Made by a program: the position numbers and the translations under genes. Below the pieces are notes generated by a model. The model was not told where the DNA came from. It made no database searches and saw only the letters and a program-made list of their open reading frames with translations. 64,000 bases of DNA. It comes from a virus. Lineage: Duplodnaviria; Caudoviricetes. The stretch is from IMG/VR virus record IMGVR_UViG_3300035676_000001; one strand, given 5' to 3'. Shown piece by piece: positions 53,966-63,933 of this stretch. The stretch's first letter is position 1, and each line of letters starts with the position of its first letter.

Positions 53966-55212
53966 AGTTCTGCGCTCCAAATTACATAGGCAGCATCTGT
54001 ATTATCAGACAACCACCGCCCTCCCGCTGGGGCAGATCCACCGCCAGAACCTCCGCTTAACAGAACAACGCCACCATTAACACTTGCCTGGTCAGCAAGA
54101 ATCGTGGTGAAGTTGGTTGCGCCAGGATCAACAAAAAATGTATTAGCGGCAGACATTGTTACGCTAGGTTTAACCCTCATCGTCACAGGGAAAATAGATA
54201 TGCCGTTTGCTGCCGTACCCGCTGATGAAACAAAATGACCTAATCCGAACAAATAATAAGATTGTCCAGCCGAATTATTTTGTCCGTAGCAATATCTCTG
54301 GCAGAGGGCAAGCTCTTGACCATAGGACCTTCTCTCAAACGGGGTCGCAACGGTTCCTTGTTCTAACTGAACTCCTGTGATGTAAAAGGTTGCATTGAGA
54401 GTTGAAATCAGTTTTGTAGCACCAGTTACTCCATAAAACTCAGATCCAGCCCAAGTATTTGCGGTCCCAACATTGTTAGATCCACAACCCAAATCAAAGC
54501 TAAGGTGCATCCCACGCGCAGTTGTTGTGACCCAAGTTCCAGTTGTATCACCTGGGATTGTTATCGTCTTTCGCTCCCAGGTATCTGCAGCAGAAATTGT
54601 GTAGTTAAATGGGTAAGAACGATTTAGTGCTCCATTACTCAAAGCTCCACTAAATGTGCCGGTAACACTTGAGCGGACGTAAAACGACACTGTTACTGTC
54701 TGAGCAAATGCCGTACCGAACGCAAAATCGGAAACATTGGTTCCTTCAATGCGTTGCGATAGGAAATAGTATTGAGTCGCCCCGACAGAAGAATCTGCCG
54801 TAGTCACAGTTACTTTGAGCGAATTTGCAAACCCAGTTGGGGCTGTTGTTGATTGTTGAACCGTGTAGACTCCATCGGTGGATTGTCCGTAGGCAAAAAA
54901 TCTATCTAAAGTGTAAATGTCGTTTGTGGCGTTAATTGTTACTGCCGCCCCATTATTTCTCTGATCCAACCTCATATCTCCATTAATTATTCTATTCCGG
55001 GTACCGGAAAGAGGACCGTCATTAATAGAGCCAATATAAGCCGTTGTAATGCCAGCAGTTGTTACACCTACAATACTCGTAGCATTTAATGTTGCAAAAG
55101 TAGAAATCCCAGAAACACTCGCAGTATAAGTAATAGTTCCGCCAGCAGTCCCGATAGCGACGTTAGTTCCACTCGCAGGAACGATAGCATTAACTCTGAG
55201 ACTGCTAGCCAT
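53962..55212 (-). CDS. Fibre/receptor-binding protein with carbohydrate-binding-like domain
   Basis: RNRIINGDMRLDQR...GVQLEQGTVATPFERR..GQELALCQRY. Confidence 0.8.
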   Translation of the reverse strand: MASSLRVNAIVPASGTNVAIGTAGGTITYTASVSGISTFATLNATSIVGVTTAGITTAYIGSINDGPLSGTRNRIINGDMRLDQRNNGAAVTINATNDIYTLDRFFAYGQSTDGVYTVQQSTTAPTGFANSLKVTVTTADSSVGATQYYFLSQRIEGTNVSDFAFGTAFAQTVTVSFYVRSSVTGTFSGALSNGALNRSYPFNYTISAADTWERKTITIPGDTTGTWVTTTARGMHLSFDLGCGSNNVGTANTWAGSEFYGVTGATKLISTLNATFYITGVQLEQGTVATPFERRSYGQELALCQRYCYGQNNSAGQSYYLFGLGHFVSSAGTAANGISIFPVTMRVKPSVTMSAANTFFVDPGATNFTTILADQASVNGGVVLLSGGSGGGSAPAGGRWLSDNTDAAYVIWSAEL

Positions 55213-55232
55213 TTATAAACTCCTTTGTATTA

Positions 55233-55505
55233 TCAACCAGCGAGTGCCGCTGCCGATTCTTGGTTTCTTTGTGCTGCTGTCTTGACCAGACCTTCCGCAT
55301 AAGCCGCTACAACCATATCTGGTTTATTAGTAGCAGTAATTGCTTCATTATTTTCTAATTTAGTCTTAACGTAAAGGTCGCAGATTTCGTCAATCGCAAT
55401 GCGAGCACGATTGGTTGCTGCGTTATCAATCCATTCTTGTGGGTCAGCAGCGACATATTGAAGTGCTAGGTCCTCTGCTTCGGTTAAAGTAATTGTGTAG
55501 TCCAT
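55233..55505 (-). CDS. Small fibre-associated protein
   Basis: DPQEWIDNAATNRARIA. Confidence 0.7.
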   Translation of the reverse strand: MDYTITLTEAEDLALQYVAADPQEWIDNAATNRARIAIDEICDLYVKTKLENNEAITATNKPDMVVAAYAEGLVKTAAQRNQESAAALAG

Positions 55506-55535
55506 ACGTATATGTAAATCGTTTTGAAGTATTTA

Positions 55536-55844
55536 TTAAGGTTTAGGATATTTATTTTTTACTTCATCAATCATTTCTTTCCAACCATCATAACCTTGAT
55601 GATATAAAGTATCTAGTTGGTCTTGAATAGAAGGATATTCGGAAGCACGGTCTCTTTGATATTGGTTATTATTATATTCTGCTTGAAGTCTTTCTATTTC
55701 TGCTTGAACTTCTTCTTCTGTTGGAGGTGGAAGTTCGTTTTCATCGTGCCAGACTAAATCCTCGTATCCACCACCATAATGTGTCCATTGTGCTCCAGGT
55801 CTTAATGATAATAATGCCTGGGGAATTTTAATAGTATAATTCAT
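55536..55844 (-). CDS. Fibre chaperone-like protein
   Basis: AL.SLRPGAQW...PTEEEV...YQRDRA.EYPSIQDQLD...KYPKP. Confidence 0.8.
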   Translation of the reverse strand: MNYTIKIPQALLSLRPGAQWTHYGGGYEDLVWHDENELPPPTEEEVQAEIERLQAEYNNNQYQRDRASEYPSIQDQLDTLYHQGYDGWKEMIDEVKNKYPKP

Positions 55845-56518
55845 CCTGATATCTCCCAAACTGTAAATTGATTAGTTCCCCAATCTTTGCTAATATGTCC
55901 ACCAGCACCCCATGAAGATTGAAAATATAAAGTAAATGTTGTAGATGTAGTGCTATTTGCGTTTACATAATGATTAATTACTGCCATTGTATGATTATTA
56001 GATGCATTGGCATCGCTTCTATAAAATAAATTATCATTAGTTGTCGTATTTATTGGTGAACCATCTCTATAAATTTTTGTTGCAACTCCATTATCACCAG
56101 TTCTACCTACAGTATAAAACTTGTTATTGAAACAAAATTGAACAAATAATTTTGAAGATGCTGATATTGGAGTTATGGTTACACTTAAACCAGTGGTTAC
56201 ATAGGTTGAAGAAGTTGTTGAAATTTCTCCACCTTGTCCGTTAGTATTTGCATTAACTACCTGCAAAATACTTCCAGTACTATTCAGAATGGGTTTTCCA
56301 GCAACTGTCTGAATTGCACCCGTCTGTAGTGTAGTTATGGTTGAAACACCACTAGAATTAACGTTACCAGTTATGTTACCTGCAACATTACCAGTTACAT
56401 TGCCGGTTATATTACCAGTCACATTACCAATTAAATTTCCCCGAACATTACTTGTAAAAGTAACACTAGAAACTCCAACATCTGCTTCTATATTATTAAC
56501 TATAATTTTGCTAGTCAT
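55841..56518 (-). CDS. Short fibre/receptor-binding protein
   Basis: Start MTSKIIVNNIEA; GNVT repeats; GSILQVV tip domain. Confidence 0.8.
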   Translation of the reverse strand: MTSKIIVNNIEADVGVSSVTFTSNVRGNLIGNVTGNITGNVTGNVAGNITGNVNSSGVSTITTLQTGAIQTVAGKPILNSTGSILQVVNANTNGQGGEISTTSSTYVTTGLSVTITPISASSKLFVQFCFNNKFYTVGRTGDNGVATKIYRDGSPINTTTNDNLFYRSDANASNNHTMAVINHYVNANSTTSTTFTLYFQSSWGAGGHISKDWGTNQFTVWEISG

Positions 56519-56757
56519 ACGATTGTCCAAACTCCTTGTACTGTGACGGTGTAACCAGCACCGACTGTAACTGTTCCGGCAGTGACTCCGTTAGTTCCTA
56601 ATGGTATCGTCACACTCTCATCAATAGTATTTTTGTTTGTTTTAATCACGCCATAACTATCAACCCATTGTGAAGCGCCGTTAATGCTAATTGGGTCTTT
56701 AAAATCAACTGTGCTACCAGTTTGAGAGCGAATGTTTTGAACGTAGATGCGAGTCAT
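56515..56757 (-). CDS. 80-aa fibre adaptor-like protein
   Basis: Start MTRIYVQNI; paralog of 56754-56993. Confidence 0.75.
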   Translation of the reverse strand: MTRIYVQNIRSQTGSTVDFKDPISINGASQWVDSYGVIKTNKNTIDESVTIPLGTNGVTAGTVTVGAGYTVTVQGVWTIV

Positions 56758-56993
56758 ACGATTACCCACTCTCCGTTTACTGTAACTTCATATCCGGGTT
56801 GAACTGTAATGGGACCAGAAGAAAGACCATTGGTTCCTGCTGGAATCGTTACATTTTCAGCAATGGTATCACGGTTAGTTTTAATGACTCCATAAGTATC
56901 CACCCATTGCTTATCACCATTTGCGGTGATGGTTTCTTTGAACTCCGTTGTTGCGGAAGTTGAATCAATAATATTGGCTTTGAGTGTGCTCAT
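56754..56993 (-). CDS. 79-aa fibre adaptor-like protein
   Basis: QWVDTYGVIKTN...VTIPAGTNG...VTVNGEWVIV. Confidence 0.75.
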   Translation of the reverse strand: MSTLKANIIDSTSATTEFKETITANGDKQWVDTYGVIKTNRDTIAENVTIPAGTNGLSSGPITVQPGYEVTVNGEWVIV

Positions 56994-57010
56994 TGAAGTT
57001 TTTTAAATAT

Positions 57011-57316
57011 TTATTCTGGTTTTGGATACTTTGCCTTGACTTCCATTACTCTTGCGAGCATTTCTTCATAGGCATCTCCACCTTTCCAAATCGCATCAAG
57101 TTGGTCTTTGATATCTGGATACTCTGGTGCTCTTTGTCTTTGATATTCTTTTGCTGCATATTCTGCTTGGAGTCTTTCTATTTCCTGATTGACTTCTTCT
57201 TCTGTTGGTGGTGGCAATTCATTTTCATCAGACCAAACAAGATTGTCATAATCTTCGCCTAATATTGACCAACTTGCTCCAGGTCTTAATGTTTGTAATG
57301 CGTTTGTGATATCCAT
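57011..57316 (-). CDS. Fibre chaperone-like protein
   Basis: Paralog of 55536-55844; start MDITNAL. Confidence 0.8.
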   Translation of the reverse strand: MDITNALQTLRPGASWSILGEDYDNLVWSDENELPPPTEEEVNQEIERLQAEYAAKEYQRQRAPEYPDIKDQLDAIWKGGDAYEEMLARVMEVKAKYPKPE

Positions 57317-57321
57317 AAAAA

Positions 57322-58041
57322 TTAAGCTGTAATTTCGAAACAAGTAATAGTAGATATTGTTCTTTTTCCAGTGGTATTATCCCCATCAGTACCAGTTCTA
57401 TTTACAAAAAGAGTACCGCCATTATCATTAATCACATAAACACCATAAGAAGTAGAAGATGTAGTGGCAGGACTATCCACAACAGACCAAGCGAAGGTAT
57501 TATGTTGATTTGCATCACCTGCCCAAGTCAATGGAACATTACATAATTGTCTAGATCCAGCAGCACTGGGTATTTGAATGTTAGTAGATCCATTCCTTCT
57601 AACAAATCCTCCATAAGTTGTGCTTGCTTGAGATACTGAATGGGATAAACTAACTAACACCAATATGTTACTGGAAGATGATGTTGGTGTAATAGTTGCT
57701 GTTAATCCAGTTATGGCAGTCGCTGTCCCATTAGAGACACAAGTAAATGATGTATTTAAAATTCCTTGGACAACTTGTATAATACTTCCAGTACTATTCA
57801 GAATTGGTTTTCCGGCAGTCGTTTGAATCGCTCCTGTTTTTAATGTAGTAATAGTAGAAACACCACTAGAATTTAGATTACCAGTAATATTACCAGTAAC
57901 ATTACCAGTTACATTGCCAACAAAAGTTCCACTACCACCAGAACTCAAAGTAGTTGTACCAATTTTCAAGTCAGTAGCACTGACCGTAACCGTCTGACCT
58001 GTTCCAACTGGTTGAATTGTATTGACGTTCAGAATACTCAT
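57322..58041 (-). CDS. Short fibre/receptor-binding protein
   Basis: Paralog of 55841-56518; GSIIQVV tip. Confidence 0.8.
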   Translation of the reverse strand: MSILNVNTIQPVGTGQTVTVSATDLKIGTTTLSSGGSGTFVGNVTGNVTGNITGNLNSSGVSTITTLKTGAIQTTAGKPILNSTGSIIQVVQGILNTSFTCVSNGTATAITGLTATITPTSSSSNILVLVSLSHSVSQASTTYGGFVRRNGSTNIQIPSAAGSRQLCNVPLTWAGDANQHNTFAWSVVDSPATTSSTSYGVYVINDNGGTLFVNRTGTDGDNTTGKRTISTITCFEITA

Positions 58042-58061
58042 TGGAGTTTTTTAGGTATTTA

Positions 58062-59042
58062 TTATCCTAGTAGATATATTTGTGCTTCCATATGGTAGCT
58101 CGGTTGAGATCCACTTACACCATTCATACCAAAACGAATTGTATCACCTGTAGATAATTTTCTCATTTTATAAACACCATCATTTTGATAAGTATCATTT
58201 AATTCTACAATTTCTTCATATCCACCATTGATTGATAGAACAAAGATATATCTTCCCGCAGCAACATTATCAATCGATGCTTGAGTATTGATGCCATATA
58301 TTCCATCTACTGGGCAGGTAAATGTATAAGTAGAATTGCTCCAATTATTTCCAATATTTTGAGTTGCTGTAGCTTGGAGGATTCCACAAGTTGCAGGTGA
58401 TGATATCAAAGATCCTGAAGCACCATAAGATGTTGTATCTGGAAGTTGGACATATGGTTGTAAAGGTTTTGTTATCCTACCAGAACCATCAATTGTCATT
58501 CTTATTGACGCATTACTGACATCAACAAAACGAAGACTTGGTGATGAAGTGTTGCCATAAGCATCAATATACCAACCAGTTGCATTATCAGTTGATCTAC
58601 CAAAACTAATTTGCCCACCTTCACTTGCAGTATCAACTCTTCCTGCTTTAATTTCTCCACCAACGACTTCAAGTTTTTGTGATGGGAATGCGGTTCCTAT
58701 GCCAACCAAACCACCAGTAGTTGTGGTAATTATAGTTCCACCGACACCAACATTTAATGTAGTAACTGTCGTAACACCACTGGTTGAGTTAACATTTCCA
58801 GTTAAATTACCACTAAAACCACCCGTAGCAGTTACAATACCAGCAAACGTGACTCCATTATTAGCATTAACTGTAAAAGTATTTCCTGTTGTATTAATTC
58901 CTACCGTTGTAATACCAGAAGTCTTACCATCAATCTGTACCAAAACTCTTCCCTGCGAGCTGGTAACTTTAACCTTCTCATCAATAGTAGGACTTGAAGC
59001 ATCTGCCTTTGCTTCTATATTACTAACGCGGAGAGTGCTCAT
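58062..59042 (-). CDS. Fibre/receptor-binding protein with C1q-like tip
   Basis: GLVGIGT; PLQP...FTCPVDGIY...KLSTGDTI. Confidence 0.75.
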   Translation of the reverse strand: MSTLRVSNIEAKADASSPTIDEKVKVTSSQGRVLVQIDGKTSGITTVGINTTGNTFTVNANNGVTFAGIVTATGGFSGNLTGNVNSTSGVTTVTTLNVGVGGTIITTTTGGLVGIGTAFPSQKLEVVGGEIKAGRVDTASEGGQISFGRSTDNATGWYIDAYGNTSSPSLRFVDVSNASIRMTIDGSGRITKPLQPYVQLPDTTSYGASGSLISSPATCGILQATATQNIGNNWSNSTYTFTCPVDGIYGINTQASIDNVAAGRYIFVLSINGGYEEIVELNDTYQNDGVYKMRKLSTGDTIRFGMNGVSGSQPSYHMEAQIYLLG

Positions 59043-59066
59043 TCCCTTATAATATCTTTCTAATAT

Positions 59067-59807
59067 TTAGACTATGACTAAAACTGAACCAGAAGCAACG
59101 TCAACAGTAATACCCAATCCAACTGTGACGGGACCAATTAATAATCCGTTCTTTCCAGAAGGAATAAAAACACTACTATCAATACTTTGATCTGTTAAAA
59201 CGGCACCATCTACAAGAGCGATGTTTCCGACTGCCTGTATCGCCCCTGCTGAGTTTGCAGCACCAGCAATGGTTGTCGTATTAATACCAAGAATCTTTGT
59301 GGTATGAACACCTACACTGTTTGCTGAGAATGTTCCACCAGCACCAGTGTTGCCTGCAATACTTACATCAATAGAATTAGTCGATGAGTTATAAGCAAAA
59401 GTATTTCCAAAACCAATAAAGTTAAGTTGAGTAACACCAACTCCAATATTGACACCGCCAGACTGAATTCCAACACCTCGTGCTGAAGGTGCTAGTTTTG
59501 CAAAGGTAACTGATCCATCAGCAGGAACACCAACTCCTAATGCAACGCCAAGAACAATGCAGAAGAAGTCATCTGTTACTTGTGGAGCAGCAGCAAATGT
59601 AATTGTATTTTGGTCGATTGTATATGCCGACTCTGGTTCTTGTACAACTCCACCAAGAGAAACTAAAAGTGAAAAAGAAGAACCAGGATAGAATGCTTGA
59701 CCACCTGAAGTTAAATCAAAAGTTTTGGTAGACCCATTAAACTGTGATGAAATATCATCCAGTTTCAAATAATTTCCTGATGTGAGTGCTCTACCAAGAT
59801 AAGCCAT
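59067..59807 (-). CDS. Fibre anchor-like protein
   Basis: LDDISSQFNG..KTF.L; C-terminal V.IP.G.NG..GPVTV motif. Confidence 0.75.
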   Translation of the reverse strand: MAYLGRALTSGNYLKLDDISSQFNGSTKTFDLTSGGQAFYPGSSFSLLVSLGGVVQEPESAYTIDQNTITFAAAPQVTDDFFCIVLGVALGVGVPADGSVTFAKLAPSARGVGIQSGGVNIGVGVTQLNFIGFGNTFAYNSSTNSIDVSIAGNTGAGGTFSANSVGVHTTKILGINTTTIAGAANSAGAIQAVGNIALVDGAVLTDQSIDSSVFIPSGKNGLLIGPVTVGLGITVDVASGSVLVIV

Positions 59808-59828
59808 TATGGTTTTTTAGATATTTAG

Positions 59829-60185
59829 TTAATCGGGTAAAGAATCAAAACTCAAAGTAGATGAAGAAGAAACAGTTTGATTTTGAACTTTACTATCAAA
59901 CCTATCTTTAATTTTAGAAACTTTATACTCAATATCTGGATGATTTTCTAACCAAGATAACACTTGTGTTTTTGTTAATTCTGAATATTCTATAAAACCA
60001 TCTTCTGGATATTGAAAATATGTGGACCCACAAACTTTTTCTTCAACTCCACTATCTTCATCAATTAATTTGCAAGTCCAATGTACAGTTTGAAGTACTT
60101 TTTCTCGATAGTCGTTTACAGATTTGATAAAAACTTTATCAATGACTACCATTTTGTCTATAGATATTTGTTTATTGACTGCCAT
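59829..60185 (-). CDS. Small fibre-associated protein
   Basis: VHWTC...FIEYSELTKTQVLSWL; similar to 31558-31875. Confidence 0.7.
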   Translation of the reverse strand: MAVNKQISIDKMVVIDKVFIKSVNDYREKVLQTVHWTCKLIDEDSGVEEKVCGSTYFQYPEDGFIEYSELTKTQVLSWLENHPDIEYKVSKIKDRFDSKVQNQTVSSSSTLSFDSLPD

Positions 60186-60765
60186 AGTTAATTCCTAAAT
60201 TTGTTAACCAGGTTACAATGATTCTTTTAGTTCCAGAAAGCACTGGTGTTCCACAATGTGGGTATAAAAAACTAGATGGAAATATTAAAACTTGACCTGG
60301 TTTTGGTTTGTATTTTCCAAATCCAAACTCTGTAAATCCCCCATCAAAATCATCATTCAAATATAAAACAAAACTCAATAGACGACATATTGTTTTTGGA
60401 TCTTGTCCCTGATCTACGTGCCAATGATAATAATCGGTCTCATCATATTTAGTAAACTGTATTGGTTCAAATTTATATCCATCCACTGTTGTTCTTTGTA
60501 TAGAGGACAAGTATAAGTCTTCAAGATGATGTTCGCAATATTCAAAAAAAGATGAATTTATTCTATCAAGGATAAGACGTGAATACTTTTCATCAATGGT
60601 GTGAAAAGTTTTAGACTTTCTGATATCTGAATTTTCTATACTATCTCCAACTTTTGATGAAGAAAATAATTCATTATCTTCAGACCAGTCTATAACTTCT
60701 TTACATTCGTCAACTGATAAACAATCTGCTGTATAAACAAAATAACTTAAATTTCTATCAATCAC
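60172..60765 (-). CDS. Prolyl-4-hydroxylase-like 2OG-Fe(II) oxygenase
   Basis: YHWHVD, SFVLYLNDDFDGG.TEF, FPSSFLYPH.G.PV..GTK. Confidence 0.9.
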   Translation of the reverse strand: MIDRNLSYFVYTADCLSVDECKEVIDWSEDNELFSSSKVGDSIENSDIRKSKTFHTIDEKYSRLILDRINSSFFEYCEHHLEDLYLSSIQRTTVDGYKFEPIQFTKYDETDYYHWHVDQGQDPKTICRLLSFVLYLNDDFDGGFTEFGFGKYKPKPGQVLIFPSSFLYPHCGTPVLSGTKRIIVTWLTNLGINYGSQ

Positions 60766-60766
60766 A

Positions 60767-63700
60767 TCAATAAGGTCCTAAAGGATTAACTCTTCTCCAG
60801 TTTCTACTCCAAATATTTCCATTAGCGGATCCGTTACTTGGATTCCAGAAAGCTCCTTCTGGATATGTTGCAGGAGCTCCTGTGGCATATCTGGCGCCAC
60901 CAATACCATACAATGCACCATCATAGGTCATCATAAGACCAATTCCATCATAACTGGTGTCTCTGGCAAATACAGACATATCTTTAATTTTATAGGATGG
61001 TACATCAAATACAAGTCTTTGTGGTGTTGTTGGAGTAGTTGCTGTACCATCCCCAAGTAGTCCAGAAGAATTATATCCCCAACCATAAACACGATATTCG
61101 TTTGTGGTCAGATTTTTAAACATAGCAAAAAATCCTCCCCCACCGCTACCAGCCTGATGCATAGTCCACATTTGTTCACACATCCATCCAGTCTTTGTTC
61201 TAGAAGGAGATGCAGCAGATCCATAATTTTGTGGGAACTTTGTTGGAGTAATCCAAGAAGTGCTAGCAGTGGTTGTACCATTTGCTAATTGATAATATAC
61301 ATTATGCCCACAACACCACAAACACCAACCGTTTGCTTCGGTGTAATCAGTTAGATATAAGGTATCAGCAATTGCTGCTCCACCAGATGCCTTTGGTCTA
61401 AACCAGAAATTGTATACATTTCCAGTTGGTGGATTAGTCAGCGAACATCCTGGTCCAGCAATCTGAGTCCAAGTTAATTTTTGAGTTGTGTTGCCATATC
61501 CATATCCTGATGTATTTCTACCAGCGTGCCAAAGAGTCCAGTTTTTAAATAAGATAAAGGCATCAGAAAAAGCAGCATCAGTTCCTCCAATTATCATCTT
61601 ATAAATTTCTTGTGATGGAAGAACGCCACTACCAGTAATTGTAAAGGTTAGTTTATCTGTAGTTGTACCATCACCGTGAATACCAGATGCTGCTTCACCA
61701 ACAACCCACAATGCATTAGTATTATCTTGAACAAAACAAAAACCATTATTACCACCACCAGACCATTGACCCACAATTGTCCTTCCCATTTTTCTCAAAA
61801 GTTGAGATCTTCCAATAATTCTAACAGCACCAGAAGTGTTTAATGAAGTTGTTGTTCTTGCATTTTTACCAGTATGTCTTTGAATAGTATAAATTCCAGT
61901 ACCATTCTTTTCGGTTACTTCATAACTATCATCAACTGCTGTTCCTGTTGTAAAGTCTGCGTAAATAAATTCTCCAAGATAGAAATTTGGATCTGATGAG
62001 AATGTAATTCTTATATCTGTTCCAGCGACTCCAGCATTCACCCCATCACTTGATTGCAAATAAGTTCCAGTGTATGTAACTCCCGCACCAGCAATTGTTG
62101 GGTCGTTTGCAACGTTAAATAAGCAAGCTTTTGAAAAGTTTCTAGCAGTGACCGAACCATCTGCAAGTTGTCCAGATGCATTATAACCACCGGTGTTCCA
62201 CATTTCTGTGTACCTATCAGTTTCTTGAATAACTTTACAATAAACTACTCCACCACCGTTATCTGGATCAGAAGAGAAATCCATTGTTGAAGAAACATTA
62301 GCAACTTTTTTTACTGCTATACCACCAGACGCAGAGTTTCCAACATATCTATCTTGATGATCGTAATCATTAATATCCCAAACAATTACGGGTTCTTGAA
62401 TATTTGTAGTATTTCCTTGATTCAACCAACCATAAGTATTAAGTTCAGTTGTAGCCCAAACATATCCTTTTTCGGTTAAACAAAAGAAACCGGATGTTAA
62501 ATTTTTTGATTCGATATTACCAACAATTTTTATAATTTCTCCTAAAGTATTCTTATCTGCAGATTTGGTGTTTACACCTTGATAATCTGTGGCAACTCCA
62601 ATTTGTGCATAATCACTTGGTGTATACTGTACAACTGCTCCAACATTAACAGGACCAGACATAATTGCTTGTATTGGAGTTCCTGGATCCGCATAAGCAT
62701 CAACGTTGACTCCAGTAATAAGATAACTTCCACTTTCTTCTTGAAGTCTAACAACCATATCACCACCATAAGTGATATAACAAAAACCTATTCTTCCTGT
62801 TCCGCCAGCACCAAATTCTCTTGCTTGGTGTGGATAGTATTCCGATCCAGTAATAATAGTATTATCATTAACTACACCGTGCTTTAAGTAATCACCTGCT
62901 GGGTTATATCCAGCAGTTTGGGCAGAAATTCTCGCGGTTATAGTTCCAAGTCCAGCAGAAGAACTTGGGAAAATATCACTATATCCATTATTATATAAAG
63001 TGCCAATACCAGAATTGTAATTTAGGTCTGGAAGTCTTCCTCTAATAACTGTTCCAGGTTCATAGTTTCCACTAGACTTTTCAAGAACTAAGTTGTTGTT
63101 TCTCCAATCTGGAATTAAAACTCTAGAATCAAATTCAGTATTAGCATATCCAACATCAATATGCAATCCAGATCTCTTTGAATAATCTTCAAAATCGTTG
63201 TATACAGGATTGGATACTGTTGAAGTTATTGTTATGACTGGGGTTTCATTAGTAACCGATGAACCAGTTAAGATCCTATTAAATGTAGAGACACCAGAAA
63301 CATTAAGTTGTTGTGCTGTAAAGTTGGTCGCAGTTGTGACTCCTAATGTAGAGACACCAGAAACATTAAGTTGAGTTGTTGATGTTCCACTTCCTACTAC
63401 TGTAAGAGCATATGTTGGATTTGTAGTTCCAATGCCAAAATTACCAGATGAGGTTAGTCTTACTCGCTCCAGTCTACTCGAACCAGTTCCAGTCCAGAAA
63501 GTAATTCTTTGTGGTGCAGTTCCAAGTCCAACTGTACCATCAACATCCATGTTGATAGAAGCAGTTGCTCTACTTGTCGAACCATCATAAATTGCACCTA
63601 ATAAACTGAAAGTATTATCATTAGTAAGAGGAACTGTCGGAGATGATAAAGTTCCTCTTGCTCTTGTCGCTTTGAATACTCCCCTTTGAGCAGAAGCACT

Positions 63701-63928
63701 ACCAGCAGCAATAATATTAAATCCAGGAGCAGTATTTTGAGCACTAATCGTTAAAAAATCTGAGGTATAAAGTGCTGTACTTATACTACCATTACCGTCA
63801 GAAACGTGTAATGTTGTTATTGGATTTGTGGTTCCTACTCCAACATTGCCAATGATATTAATGCCCGTCAAAGGTGCGGTGCTTGAAATACCAGAACTGG
63901 TGATTTGTGTAAGACGGTCAAGTGCCAT
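60767..63928 (-). CDS. Large tail fibre with RCC1-like repeat (beta-propeller) C-terminus
   Basis: GNVGVGTTNP repeats; G.N..GQL.DG / WGYNSSGLLGDG repeats. Confidence 0.8.
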   Translation of the reverse strand: MALDRLTQITSSGISSTAPLTGINIIGNVGVGTTNPITTLHVSDGNGSISTALYTSDFLTISAQNTAPGFNIIAAGSASAQRGVFKATRARGTLSSPTVPLTNDNTFSLLGAIYDGSTSRATASINMDVDGTVGLGTAPQRITFWTGTGSSRLERVRLTSSGNFGIGTTNPTYALTVVGSGTSTTQLNVSGVSTLGVTTATNFTAQQLNVSGVSTFNRILTGSSVTNETPVITITSTVSNPVYNDFEDYSKRSGLHIDVGYANTEFDSRVLIPDWRNNNLVLEKSSGNYEPGTVIRGRLPDLNYNSGIGTLYNNGYSDIFPSSSAGLGTITARISAQTAGYNPAGDYLKHGVVNDNTIITGSEYYPHQAREFGAGGTGRIGFCYITYGGDMVVRLQEESGSYLITGVNVDAYADPGTPIQAIMSGPVNVGAVVQYTPSDYAQIGVATDYQGVNTKSADKNTLGEIIKIVGNIESKNLTSGFFCLTEKGYVWATTELNTYGWLNQGNTTNIQEPVIVWDINDYDHQDRYVGNSASGGIAVKKVANVSSTMDFSSDPDNGGGVVYCKVIQETDRYTEMWNTGGYNASGQLADGSVTARNFSKACLFNVANDPTIAGAGVTYTGTYLQSSDGVNAGVAGTDIRITFSSDPNFYLGEFIYADFTTGTAVDDSYEVTEKNGTGIYTIQRHTGKNARTTTSLNTSGAVRIIGRSQLLRKMGRTIVGQWSGGGNNGFCFVQDNTNALWVVGEAASGIHGDGTTTDKLTFTITGSGVLPSQEIYKMIIGGTDAAFSDAFILFKNWTLWHAGRNTSGYGYGNTTQKLTWTQIAGPGCSLTNPPTGNVYNFWFRPKASGGAAIADTLYLTDYTEANGWCLWCCGHNVYYQLANGTTTASTSWITPTKFPQNYGSAASPSRTKTGWMCEQMWTMHQAGSGGGGFFAMFKNLTTNEYRVYGWGYNSSGLLGDGTATTPTTPQRLVFDVPSYKIKDMSVFARDTSYDGIGLMMTYDGALYGIGGARYATGAPATYPEGAFWNPSNGSANGNIWSRNWRRVNPLGPY

Positions 63929-63933
63929 TTATT

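Noticed and set aside
55536-58041. Diversity-generating retroelement TR/VR pair
   Set aside because: Differences are mostly synonymous third-position changes, not adenine-specific, and there is no reverse transcriptase in the window
63280-63380. ~28-bp direct repeat at 60-bp spacing
   Set aside because: It encodes the in-frame QLNVSGVST fibre repeat; an ordinary intragenic duplication
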